From an uncultured Bacteroidales bacterium (GTDB lineage Bacteria; Bacteroidota; Bacteroidia; Bacteroidales; UBA12077), in NCBI GenBank assembly GCA_964585385.1, contig CAZPDP010000004.1, positions 27,574 to 91,573 of the forward strand: 64,000 bases of DNA, read 5' to 3'. This document shows positions 42,050-50,475 of the stretch, piece after piece. The notes beneath the pieces were generated by a model. The model ran no database searches, had not been told where the DNA came from, and saw nothing but the letters and a program-made list of their open reading frames with translations. The first letter of the stretch is position 1, and each line of letters starts with the position of its first letter. A program made the translations under genes and the position numbers.

Positions 42050-43096
42050 TCAATCGATAAGCCCCAGTCTTTTTGCTCTTCTCTCCCATACTTTCATGGC
42101 TTGCTTTTGCATATCTTCCACATTATCAAGCTCATCCATAATCTCTGTTCCTAAAAGTGTTTCAATTACATCCTCCATAGTAACAATGCCAGCCATTTCT
42201 CCATATTCTCCCACTACCATAGCTATATGCTCTTTCTCTTCTATAAACCTATAAAATAGTCTGATAATCGGCATTTTTTCATTTACAACCATCAGGTTTC
42301 TGCCCAGGCTTTTTAATTTTACATTGGTTTTGTTATCAATCATTTTTTCCATCAAATCGTCCTTTAGAACATAACCTGTGATTTCATCAATATTTTCATG
42401 ATAGATAGGAATCCTGGAAACTCTTAGTTTTTCTTTTTTTTCAAAAAACTCTTTGACAGTATTTTCCTGTGAAGCTGCAACAACAACGACTCTTGGTGTC
42501 ATAATGCTTTTAACAACGATATAGTTGAATTTCATCAAATTGATAAGGATTTTTGACTCCTCTTCTTTAAAAATCCCTTCCTGAATTCCAATCTCCGTCA
42601 TAGCTTGAAATTCTGCACGACTGAAGACTGTTTTGGCTTTTTTTCTATTTAAGATCCTTGTTATAAACTTACTGAGAATAATAAAAGGGTACAAAGGGGA
42701 ATAGATTAATATTTGTAGTGTTGTGGCGGTAAATCGAGCTAACCCTTTCCAGAAAGTTGCTCCAATAGTTTTGGGAATAATTTCAGATAATATTAAAATT
42801 AAAAGAGTTAAAACAGCAGACACTATAGATAAATATTCGTTGCCCCATACTTTTTGTGCTTGTGCTCCAACCCCGGCAGCTCCAATTGTGTGTGCAAATG
42901 TATTCAGCGTTAAAATAGCTGCCAATGGCGTATCAATTTCCTCTTTAAACTTTTTTAATGTCTTTCCGTAAGATTTGTTTTCATTCACTTTTGCAGCAAT
43001 AAAAGATGGGGTTATGCTAAGCAAGGTTGCTTCAAGCAATGAACACAAGAAAGAAAAAAACAATGCAATAAATAAATAAACAAAAAGTAAAAACAT
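42050..43096 (-). CDS. CNNM/DUF21 transmembrane domain protein with CBS pair (CorC/HlyC-type transporter, short form)
   Basis: 348 aa. Four N-terminal TM helices (DUF21 pattern, LSEIIPKTIG), then two CBS-like modules (VKSIMTPR..., IAMVVGEYGEMAGIVTMEDVIETLLG). No C-terminal CorC_HlyC domain is visible. Confidence 0.8.
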   Translation of the reverse strand: MFLLFVYLFIALFFSFLCSLLEATLLSITPSFIAAKVNENKSYGKTLKKFKEEIDTPLAAILTLNTFAHTIGAAGVGAQAQKVWGNEYLSIVSAVLTLLILILSEIIPKTIGATFWKGLARFTATTLQILIYSPLYPFIILSKFITRILNRKKAKTVFSRAEFQAMTEIGIQEGIFKEEESKILINLMKFNYIVVKSIMTPRVVVVAASQENTVKEFFEKKEKLRVSRIPIYHENIDEITGYVLKDDLMEKMIDNKTNVKLKSLGRNLMVVNEKMPIIRLFYRFIEEKEHIAMVVGEYGEMAGIVTMEDVIETLLGTEIMDELDNVEDMQKQAMKVWERRAKRLGLID

Positions 43097-43127
43097 AGTT
43101 TATACGAATTTTTTGAGCATAAAAAAA

Positions 43128-43706
43128 TTAATCGTGTTCGTAAAAATGCATTTTCCTGATGTAATCATACACTTTGGGTGGCAGAAAATACCTTATATTT
43201 CGTCCTTGCTTTATTGCCCCACGAATAAAACTTGAAGAAATATCCATTAAAGGTGCATTCATAACCTGCATTGTATACTGACCTTTATATTTCCCGGCAT
43301 CCGTACCTGGTCTGGGATACACATATAATTCAGACTGATCAATCAGTTGTTCATAATTTTTCCATTTGTGAAGACTAACCAAATTATCAGATCCGATTAT
43401 CAAGGCAAACTCTTTATTCGGGTGCTTTTCTTTTAAATAAGTCAGAGTATCTACCGTATAAGATGGTTTAGGAAGATCAAATTCAATATTTGAAGGCCTG
43501 ATTTCCATATCATCTTCCAGTGCAAGCTCTGCTAAATGATAACGATGATATTCGGGCAAAAGATTTTTTTTCTTCTTTAAAGGGTTTTGAGGGGAAACCA
43601 CCAACCAAACCTGGTCCAAATCGGAAAACTCGGAGAAATAATTTGCAACTGCCAGATGTCCAATATGAATTGGATTGAAAGAACCGAAAAACAAACCAAT
43701 TTTCAT
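43128..43706 (-). CDS. nadD: nicotinate-nucleotide adenylyltransferase
   Basis: MKIGLFFGSFNPIHIGHL (HxGH motif) and ISSSFIR (ISSTxxR-type). I start it at the internal ATG 43704-43706, 13 nt after the gmk stop, rather than the track start 43739, which overlaps gmk. Confidence 0.9.
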   Translation of the reverse strand: MKIGLFFGSFNPIHIGHLAVANYFSEFSDLDQVWLVVSPQNPLKKKKNLLPEYHRYHLAELALEDDMEIRPSNIEFDLPKPSYTVDTLTYLKEKHPNKEFALIIGSDNLVSLHKWKNYEQLIDQSELYVYPRPGTDAGKYKGQYTMQVMNAPLMDISSSFIRGAIKQGRNIRYFLPPKVYDYIRKMHFYEHD

Positions 43707-43719
43707 TTTACAAGAAATT

Positions 43720-44286
43720 CTATGCATTAATAAAATCAAGAATTATTTTTTCTGCCTCTTCAACAGCGTTATCCAAATCATCATTATATATGACTTTATC
43801 AAATTCAGGAGCATAATTCAACTCCGATTCTGCTTTACTAATTCTCAATTTTATCTTAGCAGGGTCTTCTGATGATCGCACGATTAATCTGTTTTCTAAT
43901 TCCCCGATTGATGGGGGCATAACAAAAATTGCGAGGGCATCCTTACCATATACCTTTTTAATATTCAGCCCACCAATTACATCTACATCAAATATAACGT
44001 TTTTTCCTTTTTTTCTTATTCTTTCCACTTCTGTTTTTAATGTTCCGTAATAGTGATTGGGGTATACCTCTTCCCATTCAATAAATTCACCACTCCTAAT
44101 CTTTTCTCTGAAATCATTTGTAGAAATGAAATAATAATCTACACCATGTCTTTCATTAGACCTTTGTGCCCGGCTGGTTGCCGATATTGAAAACTCAAGG
44201 TTCAGATCTTTTTTTAACAGTCGTCTTACAATGCTGGTTTTACCGGCACCCGAAGGAGCAGAAAATATAATGAGCTTAGCTTTCAT
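43720..44286 (-). CDS. gmk: guanylate kinase
   Basis: 188 aa. P-loop FSAPSGAGKTS, ISATSRAQRSNERHGVDYYF, and EWEEVYPNHYYGT. Confidence 0.95.
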   Translation of the reverse strand: MKAKLIIFSAPSGAGKTSIVRRLLKKDLNLEFSISATSRAQRSNERHGVDYYFISTNDFREKIRSGEFIEWEEVYPNHYYGTLKTEVERIRKKGKNVIFDVDVIGGLNIKKVYGKDALAIFVMPPSIGELENRLIVRSSEDPAKIKLRISKAESELNYAPEFDKVIYNDDLDNAVEEAEKIILDFINA

Positions 44287-44298
44287 GAGTCTGACTGT

Positions 44299-45174
44299 TT
44301 ATAAAACATTCATTAATTGTTCTTTAATCTTTTCAAGCTCATCCTTCATTCTGACAACATAGCGCTGAATATCTGAATCATTAGCTTTTGAGCCAATGGT
44401 GTTGATTTCCCTTCCAATTTCCTGTGCAATAAAATTCAGCTTTTTACCTGCCACTTGTTCCTTATCCATTACTTCCAGGAAATATTTAAAGTGATTTTCG
44501 AGTCTAACTTTCTCCTCAGTAATGTCAAATCTTTCAAGGTAATATACCAATTCCTGTTCAAACCTTTGAGGATCCATTTCATAATCGTTCTTTATTTCCT
44601 TAAATCTTTCATTGATCCGCTCCTTCACTTTATCAATCCTGCCTTTGTCAAACTTCTCCACTTCTTTGAGATCGTCTGACATACTTTTTATGCGTTCAGT
44701 AAAATCTTTGCCAATTGCCTCACCCTCCTGCTCTCGGAAATTTTCGAGTTCCTGAATTGCATCATGTAAGGTTTGAGAAATCGCATTCCATTCCTCTTCA
44801 TCCAATTCTTCTTCCTCCTTCTGAAGTGAATCGGGCATTTGCAGTGCTGTTCTGAGCAGTTCTGCTCCAAGGGGAATATCCATTTCGGTTGTCAATTCCC
44901 GGATTTGACGAATATAATTTCGTACTACTGCCTTATTAATAGTAGAGGCTTTTTCTTCATCAGCATATTCCTGTTCAATATAACAACTAATTTTACCCCG
45001 TTGCAATTTATGGCTGATAAGTTTTCTTATATCAAGTTCTTTTTCCTTTAATACCTGGGGCACTCGTATATTGATGTCACAATATTTGCTGTTCAGAGAT
45101 TTTATTTCTATTGATATTGTTTTATTGGCATAAGCTTTTTCAGCTTTACCATACCCGGTCATTGAAAATAACAT
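44299..45174 (-). CDS. yicC: YicC family stress-induced protein (YicC/YloC type)
   Basis: 291 aa. MTGYGKAE N-terminus and C-terminal DUF1732-type motif NFIAQEIGREINTIGSKANDSDIQ. Gene order yicC-gmk-nadD. Confidence 0.88.
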   Translation of the reverse strand: MLFSMTGYGKAEKAYANKTISIEIKSLNSKYCDINIRVPQVLKEKELDIRKLISHKLQRGKISCYIEQEYADEEKASTINKAVVRNYIRQIRELTTEMDIPLGAELLRTALQMPDSLQKEEEELDEEEWNAISQTLHDAIQELENFREQEGEAIGKDFTERIKSMSDDLKEVEKFDKGRIDKVKERINERFKEIKNDYEMDPQRFEQELVYYLERFDITEEKVRLENHFKYFLEVMDKEQVAGKKLNFIAQEIGREINTIGSKANDSDIQRYVVRMKDELEKIKEQLMNVL

Positions 45175-45201
45175 ATACTCTTTTATTTATTTAAATCAAT
45201 A

Positions 45202-45209
45202 CAAAGGTA
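45202..45209 (-). promoter_or_regulatory. candidate -7 promoter box (TACCTTTG on the minus strand) for yicC-gmk-nadD
   Basis: Exact TAnnTTTG match, 28 nt upstream of the yicC ATG (45174). Confidence 0.4.
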
Positions 45210-45247
45210 TAATATTCCGATGAATATTCAATTCAGTACACCTCCAA

Positions 45248-46579
45248 TTAAGATACAACAACTTTGTTTTTCCACTTACCGGTGAGGTAGTATGCATAAG
45301 CCATAATAAGCCCCATAAGCCATCCGAGGGGAATAGACCACCAGATTCCTACTGGACCGATTTTTTCAGATAAAAGGAATGCACTGGGAATACGAATCGC
45401 CCAGAGAGACAAAATAGTGGTTATCATAGGGATGAGTGTTGCCCCGGCTCCCCTCAAAACTCCTGATGTGGCAAACATAAGAGAAAAGACTACATAAAAA
45501 GAGCCTACAATAGACAAGTACTCTATCCCAATTTCAATAACGCGCTCATCTTCTGTAAACAAACCCATAATGAACTTCCCGTAAAGAAGTACAACAGCAG
45601 TAACCACAATGGAGACAACAGAAGACATTTTTATAGTTTCGACAAATCCCTTTTTTACCCTGCTTTCTTTTTTAGCTCCAAGGTTTTGTCCGACAAATGT
45701 GGCAAGCGCATTAGCAAAATTCATTGCCGGCAAGGTAGCAAGCGAATTTACCCTTGCAGCAACTGAATAAGCAGCAATCACATTAGTACCAAACTTATTG
45801 ACAATTCCTACCAAAGCCATCATCCCCATAGCAACAACTGTTTGTTGTATTCCTGCAGGCAGCCCTATTTTCATACTTTGTTGAAATATCTTCCTGTCAA
45901 ATTTGAGATTGAAAAGAGAAAAGTGGATAATGCCATGTGTCCTGTTCAGGTAAACAATTGCTGTTAAAAAGGCTCCTCCCTGGGCAATTATAGAAGCATA
46001 AGCAACACCTTGAATTCCCCATTCAAAGACGATAACAAACAATAAATCAAGGCCAATGTTAAAAACAGTTGAAATAATCAGAAAATAAAGCGGAGTTTTT
46101 GAATCTCCCAGTCCACGAAGTGATGCGCTGGTCCCCATAAATCCAAAAAAAGCTATAACCCCGGCAAAAAAGATTTTCAGATAACTCTGCGCCATGGGCA
46201 TCACTTCTTCAGGGAGACGTAAAAGCTTAAAAATTTCGCGGTTAAAAATGATTCCAAGAGTACCAACAACGATGGAAGCAAAAAACAGAAAAATGAACAA
46301 CGTGTCAATCGTCCTTTTTACTTTTTCCTTTTTCCCGGCTCCAAAATACTGGGCAATAACAACGGTGCTTCCTGAAGTAATCCCCAGTACCAGAGCAAAA
46401 AATACGAAAATGACAGGAAACGAAGCTCCCACGGCAGCTAATGCCTCTTTGCCAATGAAGTTTCCAACCACTATGCTATCTACAACATTATAAAGCTGAT
46501 GGAACACATTTCCCAGAAGCATTGGCAAGGCAAAACGCAGAATCAACGCTCTCTCTTTTCCAATTGTCAAATCTTTCAT
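45248..46579 (-). CDS. MATE family efflux transporter
   Basis: 443 aa, 12 TM helices. N-terminal ILRFALPMLLGNVFHQLYNVVDSIVVGNFIGKEALAAVG is typical of MATE/NorM-like proteins. Confidence 0.88.
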   Translation of the reverse strand: MKDLTIGKERALILRFALPMLLGNVFHQLYNVVDSIVVGNFIGKEALAAVGASFPVIFVFFALVLGITSGSTVVIAQYFGAGKKEKVKRTIDTLFIFLFFASIVVGTLGIIFNREIFKLLRLPEEVMPMAQSYLKIFFAGVIAFFGFMGTSASLRGLGDSKTPLYFLIISTVFNIGLDLLFVIVFEWGIQGVAYASIIAQGGAFLTAIVYLNRTHGIIHFSLFNLKFDRKIFQQSMKIGLPAGIQQTVVAMGMMALVGIVNKFGTNVIAAYSVAARVNSLATLPAMNFANALATFVGQNLGAKKESRVKKGFVETIKMSSVVSIVVTAVVLLYGKFIMGLFTEDERVIEIGIEYLSIVGSFYVVFSLMFATSGVLRGAGATLIPMITTILSLWAIRIPSAFLLSEKIGPVGIWWSIPLGWLMGLIMAYAYYLTGKWKNKVVVS

Positions 46580-46666
46580 CTACTCACGGATCATTGCGTT
46601 TCGAAATTAAAATGAAGAGCACAAAAAAAGACTTAAAATTGTTTATTACCAACCCTAAAAACAGAA

Positions 46667-48043
46667 TTAAATTTTCTCGAGCTCAACAGTAAAATGCCTC
46701 ATGATAGGAGCTTCATTAATTATTTTCAAACCTGTTTTTATTTCTTCCCGCTTATCGTATACATTTTTTAAGGCTGCAGCCACCACATCCATGTGGTTGT
46801 TGGTATAAACTCTCCTTGGAATGGTCAGTCTGAGTAATTCCAGATCAGGATAGCGATTTTCCCGGGTTTCCGGATCTCTGTCTGCTAAAAGCGTTCCAAT
46901 TTCGACCCCTCTGACCCCTGCTTCCAGATACAACTCAACAGCCAGTGTCTGGGCCCTGAACTGCTCCCTCGGCAAATCCGGCAGAAAGGCATTTGCATCA
47001 ACAAATATGGCATGCCCTCCATAGGGTTTTTGAATCGGAACGTTGTATTCATCGAGTTTCCTGCCCAAATAAGCAACCTGTCTAATTCTTGTGTCCAGGT
47101 AATCAAATTCTGTTCCTTCGTAAAGTCCCTGTGCAAGAGCATTCATATCCCTTCCCGACATTCCTCCATAAGTAATAAAACCTTCGAACATAATGTTATA
47201 AACACTGGCCTGGCGGAAGATATCTTTGTCATGAAAAGCGATAAAACCACCCATATTCACGATAGCATCCTTTTTACTGCTCATAGTCATGAAATCCGCA
47301 TATTGATACATCTCTCTTACAATCTCTCTGATTAACTTATCCTTATAGCCCTCCTCCCTGGTTTTTATAAAATATGCGTTTTCTGCAAATCGGGCCGAAT
47401 CATAAAGAACTTTTATCCCATAGCGATTAGCAAGTTCTCTTACTTCCTTCATGTTTTTCATTGATACAGGCTGCCCACCCGATGAATTACAGGTTAAAGT
47501 AATCACTATAAAGGGAACCTGCTCCTTTTTGTTATTTTTCAGAACATCCTCCAGTTTTTCAAGGTCAATATTTCCTTTAAAAGGATATTCAATTTGTGTA
47601 TCAAAGGCTTCATCAATTGTACAATCGACTGCTGTGGCCTTTCTGAATTCAATATGTCCTTTGGTGGTATCAAAATGAGAATTGCCCGGGATTACATCTC
47701 CTTCTTTAACCAGTACTGAGAAAAGCACATTTTCAGCTGCCCTTCCCTGATGGGTAGGAAGGAAATGATCAAATCCAAGTATATCTTTTATGGCATCTTT
47801 CATTTTATAATAAGAAGATGCACCGGCATAACTCTCATCTCCTGTCATTAGTGCTGACCACTGCTTGTCACTCATAGCGCCTGTACCTGAGTCGGTCAGC
47901 AAATCAATAAATACCTGTTCACTCTTCAGGTTAAAAAGATTATATTTTGCTTGTTTTATCCATTCTTCTCTCTCTTCACGAGTGCTTTTTCTAATGGTCT
48001 CCACCATTTTTATCTTATAGGATTCCGCAAATGGTAACTCCAT
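46667..48043 (-). CDS. tnaA: tryptophanase (beta-eliminating lyase family; a tyrosine phenol-lyase activity cannot be excluded)
   Basis: 458 aa. DLLTDSGTGAMS, PTHQGRAAE, FDTTKGH, DSARFAENAYFIK, and PLP-lysine region MSSKKDAIVNMGG. Several motifs match E. coli TnaA better than TPL, from memory. Confidence 0.8.
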   Translation of the reverse strand: MELPFAESYKIKMVETIRKSTREEREEWIKQAKYNLFNLKSEQVFIDLLTDSGTGAMSDKQWSALMTGDESYAGASSYYKMKDAIKDILGFDHFLPTHQGRAAENVLFSVLVKEGDVIPGNSHFDTTKGHIEFRKATAVDCTIDEAFDTQIEYPFKGNIDLEKLEDVLKNNKKEQVPFIVITLTCNSSGGQPVSMKNMKEVRELANRYGIKVLYDSARFAENAYFIKTREEGYKDKLIREIVREMYQYADFMTMSSKKDAIVNMGGFIAFHDKDIFRQASVYNIMFEGFITYGGMSGRDMNALAQGLYEGTEFDYLDTRIRQVAYLGRKLDEYNVPIQKPYGGHAIFVDANAFLPDLPREQFRAQTLAVELYLEAGVRGVEIGTLLADRDPETRENRYPDLELLRLTIPRRVYTNNHMDVVAAALKNVYDKREEIKTGLKIINEAPIMRHFTVELEKI

Positions 48044-48268
48044 GATATTATGTATTTAAGATTGAACATGTAAGTAATAAAAAAATAGGAATAGAGGGGG
48101 TAATTAATATTAATATTTGGGATAATTATCCCTCCTTTTAATATTTAAGTAGCGGTTATACGGCTTACAATGCAAAATGTAAAGTTTTATCATAGCCTGA
48201 AATTTGGAACAAAATTATTATTTTAATTAAAAAAGAAATAAATTTCAGCCAAAAAATTATACCTGCTT

Positions 48269-49834
48269 ATGCCAAGGCAACTCATCATATTCATATTTTT
48301 CACCCTCCTCCTGTTATCCAAGGGATTGCACGCCAACTCCACCCATCAAAGAGATACAAATTCTATCCAGGATTCTATTCAGCCAGAAAAAGACACTATT
48401 GTAATTCCTAAAGGTATTATTCCTTCAGCGGCTGACTACATTGTCACTCCGCGATCCCTGGAAGAAATGCGCCAGGCCTTCATTTCCGATACATTTAAAA
48501 CTCCCGAAGATACTGTAATATTAAATTCAAAGCTTGATTCGGCTGTTTATTTTGTTGAACAATTTTTCCTAAAGAAACACGAAATATCTAATGATACCCT
48601 AAAAACCCATATTTCCAAATTAATTCATTATGTAAAAAGTCAACCCATTGATTCCTCACTGGATTATCTGAGGCAATTCACATCAAACGACAGCCTGTCA
48701 ATTCCCGGGAAAGATAGCTTAACCCTTTCAATAGGTGATACAATATATAACTACCTCAATTATCTGATAGATACGGCAAAAGTGGATTCCATAAACTTTC
48801 TCATTACTACCAAAAAAAATGATACGGTTTCCCTTTGGCTAACTGAAGAAAAAAGAAATGATTCAACACGTCTGATTTTATATGATGATCTAAACCATCC
48901 TGCCGGGTTTTGGGTAACTCCCAAAAGCATGAAATCACTAAATATTAAACTTGATGAAAGTACCTTAATAGAAAAAACAGATTTTCAGCGAAGAAGGGAA
49001 GAAAATCTTCCCACAATTATAGAAGTGGATAGACTTGCTGACTATAATGGTGTTGAAATGATTTTCCCGCAATGGAAAATAGGAGGAATTGCCAATCTGA
49101 ATTTTACTCAGGGTTACGTAAAAAACTGGATCAAAGGGGGTGAAAATAATCTAACCACGCTGTTTGATGTCAAATTTGATGCAGACTACAAAAAAGGGAA
49201 GACTATCTGGGATAATGATTTTGAATACAAAATCGGTCTTCTGCAGTCGGGCGAAAAAGGACTCAGGAAAAATGAAGATGTGCTTGAAATAAATTCAAAA
49301 TTCGGAACAAATGCTAGAAAGAACTGGTATTACAGTGGCCTGGTAAACTTCACTACACAGTTATTTAAAAGTTATGATTATCCCAATGACTCTGTTGCGA
49401 TTTCCGGATTATTATCTCCTTCTTATCTGGTTTTTTCTCTGGGTATGGACTATAACCCCAATAAAGATTTCACACTCCTTTTATCCCCTATTTCTTCAAA
49501 ATTCACCATGATGGCTGATACAAGCAGGTTTGACCAAAACAACTATGGTATACCAAAAGATAAGAAAACACGTAAAGAACTGGGTATATATATCAAATCA
49601 ATCTACAACCTCCAATTGCATGAAGATATAAGAATGGAAAACAAGATTAACTTATTTACCAACTATCTTAAAAATCCACAAAATATTGATATCGACTGGG
49701 AGATAACATTCCGAATGAAAATTACAGAACTAATCAATACTACGATTAATACCCATATAATATATGACCATGACGTAATACAGAAGCTTCAATTTAAGGA
49801 AGTGTTAAGTATTGGAATTATGTTCCGGTTTTAG
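48269..49834 (+). CDS. DUF3078-like secreted/outer-membrane protein
   Basis: 521 aa. Signal peptide MPRQLIIFIFFTLLLLSKGLHA. The C-terminal half has the W-x-x-GG...LNF-Q...NW-x-x-GG-x-N pattern (WKIGGIANLNFTQGYVKNWIKGGENN) that I associate with DUF3078. Ends in a beta-strand-like ...LSIGIMFRF. Confidence 0.6.
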   Translation: MPRQLIIFIFFTLLLLSKGLHANSTHQRDTNSIQDSIQPEKDTIVIPKGIIPSAADYIVTPRSLEEMRQAFISDTFKTPEDTVILNSKLDSAVYFVEQFFLKKHEISNDTLKTHISKLIHYVKSQPIDSSLDYLRQFTSNDSLSIPGKDSLTLSIGDTIYNYLNYLIDTAKVDSINFLITTKKNDTVSLWLTEEKRNDSTRLILYDDLNHPAGFWVTPKSMKSLNIKLDESTLIEKTDFQRRREENLPTIIEVDRLADYNGVEMIFPQWKIGGIANLNFTQGYVKNWIKGGENNLTTLFDVKFDADYKKGKTIWDNDFEYKIGLLQSGEKGLRKNEDVLEINSKFGTNARKNWYYSGLVNFTTQLFKSYDYPNDSVAISGLLSPSYLVFSLGMDYNPNKDFTLLLSPISSKFTMMADTSRFDQNNYGIPKDKKTRKELGIYIKSIYNLQLHEDIRMENKINLFTNYLKNPQNIDIDWEITFRMKITELINTTINTHIIYDHDVIQKLQFKEVLSIGIMFRF

Positions 49835-49956
49835 CCCGAATAATTAACTTCGTTGAGGGCTTCGCCGTTCAAAAATTATTCCTGTCTCCAGCAGCGACTA
49901 TGGTTCATTAAAATTTTTTCCAAAAATTTAAGTTCACCTAAGTCGGTATCGCCTTC

Positions 49957-50007
49957 GCCTATCCGCTACGGCGGAGCAAGGGGTTAATACCACCTTGCGG
50001 TACAGGC
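49957..50007 (+). ncRNA. candidate structured RNA element (unclassified), GC-rich two-hairpin domain
   Basis: GCCT-A-[TCCGC-TACG-GCGGA]-GC-[AAGG-GGTTAATACCA-CCTT]-GCGGTAC-AGGC. Contains a 5-bp stem capped by a C(UACG)G UNCG-type tetraloop, a second 4-bp hairpin, and a closing GCCT/AGGC helix. It is markedly more GC-rich than the flanks, with no ORF. No family recognised. Confidence 0.2.
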
Positions 50008-50008
50008 T

Positions 50009-50050
50009 CTGCATTTTATTCATATTTATAAAAATTTATGAATAATGCAG
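50009..50050. repeat. 42-nt AT-rich inverted repeat (14 bp with a 2-nt bulge)
   Basis: CTGCATT-tt-ATTCATA (50009-50024) pairs with TATGAAT-AATGCAG (50037-50050). The loop is 12 nt. Confidence 0.6.
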
Positions 50051-50070
50051 GTTAGAAATTGTAAAAACAA

Positions 50071-50100
50071 AAAGTCAGAAACTTTAAGCTTCTGACTTTT
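50071..50100. terminator. hairpin terminator in the long gap (better U-tract on the minus strand)
   Basis: Stem GTCAGAA / TTCTGAC (50074-50080 / 50090-50096), extendable by A-U pairs. The plus strand continues TTTTC. The minus strand continues TTTTTGTTTTTAC. Confidence 0.5.
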
Positions 50101-50433
50101 CTTGATACCCATTTACTAACCCTAAAACTAAATGAAAAAACTAAAACCCTTTCTTAAAATACAGATTTTCGTGAAGCTAAATCTTAATTTGTTTAACGTT
50201 TTTTTAATAAAATTGTTGCAAAATTCCAAGTTTTTTAAAGGTTTTCTCAAAATTATATAGAAATCTGAGCAACAACCCTTTAGACAACTCAAAGTAAACC
50301 TGTGGTATAATGACAAAAATCATTATCCCCATACAATAGAATTGGTCTGGGGTTACGTATTAAAAAAAAATAAATGCTTATGAAACATTTCACTAAATAA
50401 AACCTTTGATAATAAAATTCGTCATAGACGTTG

Positions 50434-50441
50434 TAAATTTG
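50434..50441 (+). promoter_or_regulatory. candidate -7 promoter box (TAAATTTG) for the carboxyltransferase gene
   Basis: Exact TAnnTTTG match, 35 nt upstream of the ATG at 50476. A TTTG at 50405-50408 is 25 nt upstream, further than I recall being usual for a -33 element. Confidence 0.4.
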
Positions 50442-50475
50442 TGATTTATATTTTTACCTAAACCGGTTTAGAGAT

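Noticed and set aside
43707-43739. 11-codon N-terminal extension of nadD (MILLMHRISCK)
   Set aside because: It overlaps the gmk 3' end. The NadD fold starts with MKIGLFFGSFNPIHIGH, so the internal ATG at 43706 is the better start.
49835-50010. GC-rich island as a known RNA gene (tRNA, tmRNA, SRP RNA, RNase P RNA, 6S) or riboswitch
   Set aside because: There is no cloverleaf (GGTTCATTA at about 49902 has no complementary T stem). There is no tmRNA tag ORF, no GGAA/AGCA SRP domain IV motif, no RNase P GAGGAAAGTCC box and no riboswitch core that I recognise. It is left as unclassified.
50303-50311. E. coli-style extended -10 element TGGTATAAT on the plus strand
   Set aside because: The host looks like Bacteroidota, whose primary sigma factor uses TAnnTTTG rather than TATAAT. 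An exact TAAATTTG box lies closer to the gene start (50434-50441).
50128-50316. 62-aa minus-strand ORF (MSLYHRFTLSCLKGCCSDFYIILRKPLKNLEFCNNFIKK...) in the long gap
   Set aside because: Not reported as a CDS. Its K/F/L/N-rich composition is what AT-rich non-coding DNA yields, there is no TAnnTTTG box upstream, and I recognise no homology. It is kept only as a possibility within the intergenic-island finding, because a hairpin with a minus-strand U-tract lies 28 nt downstream.
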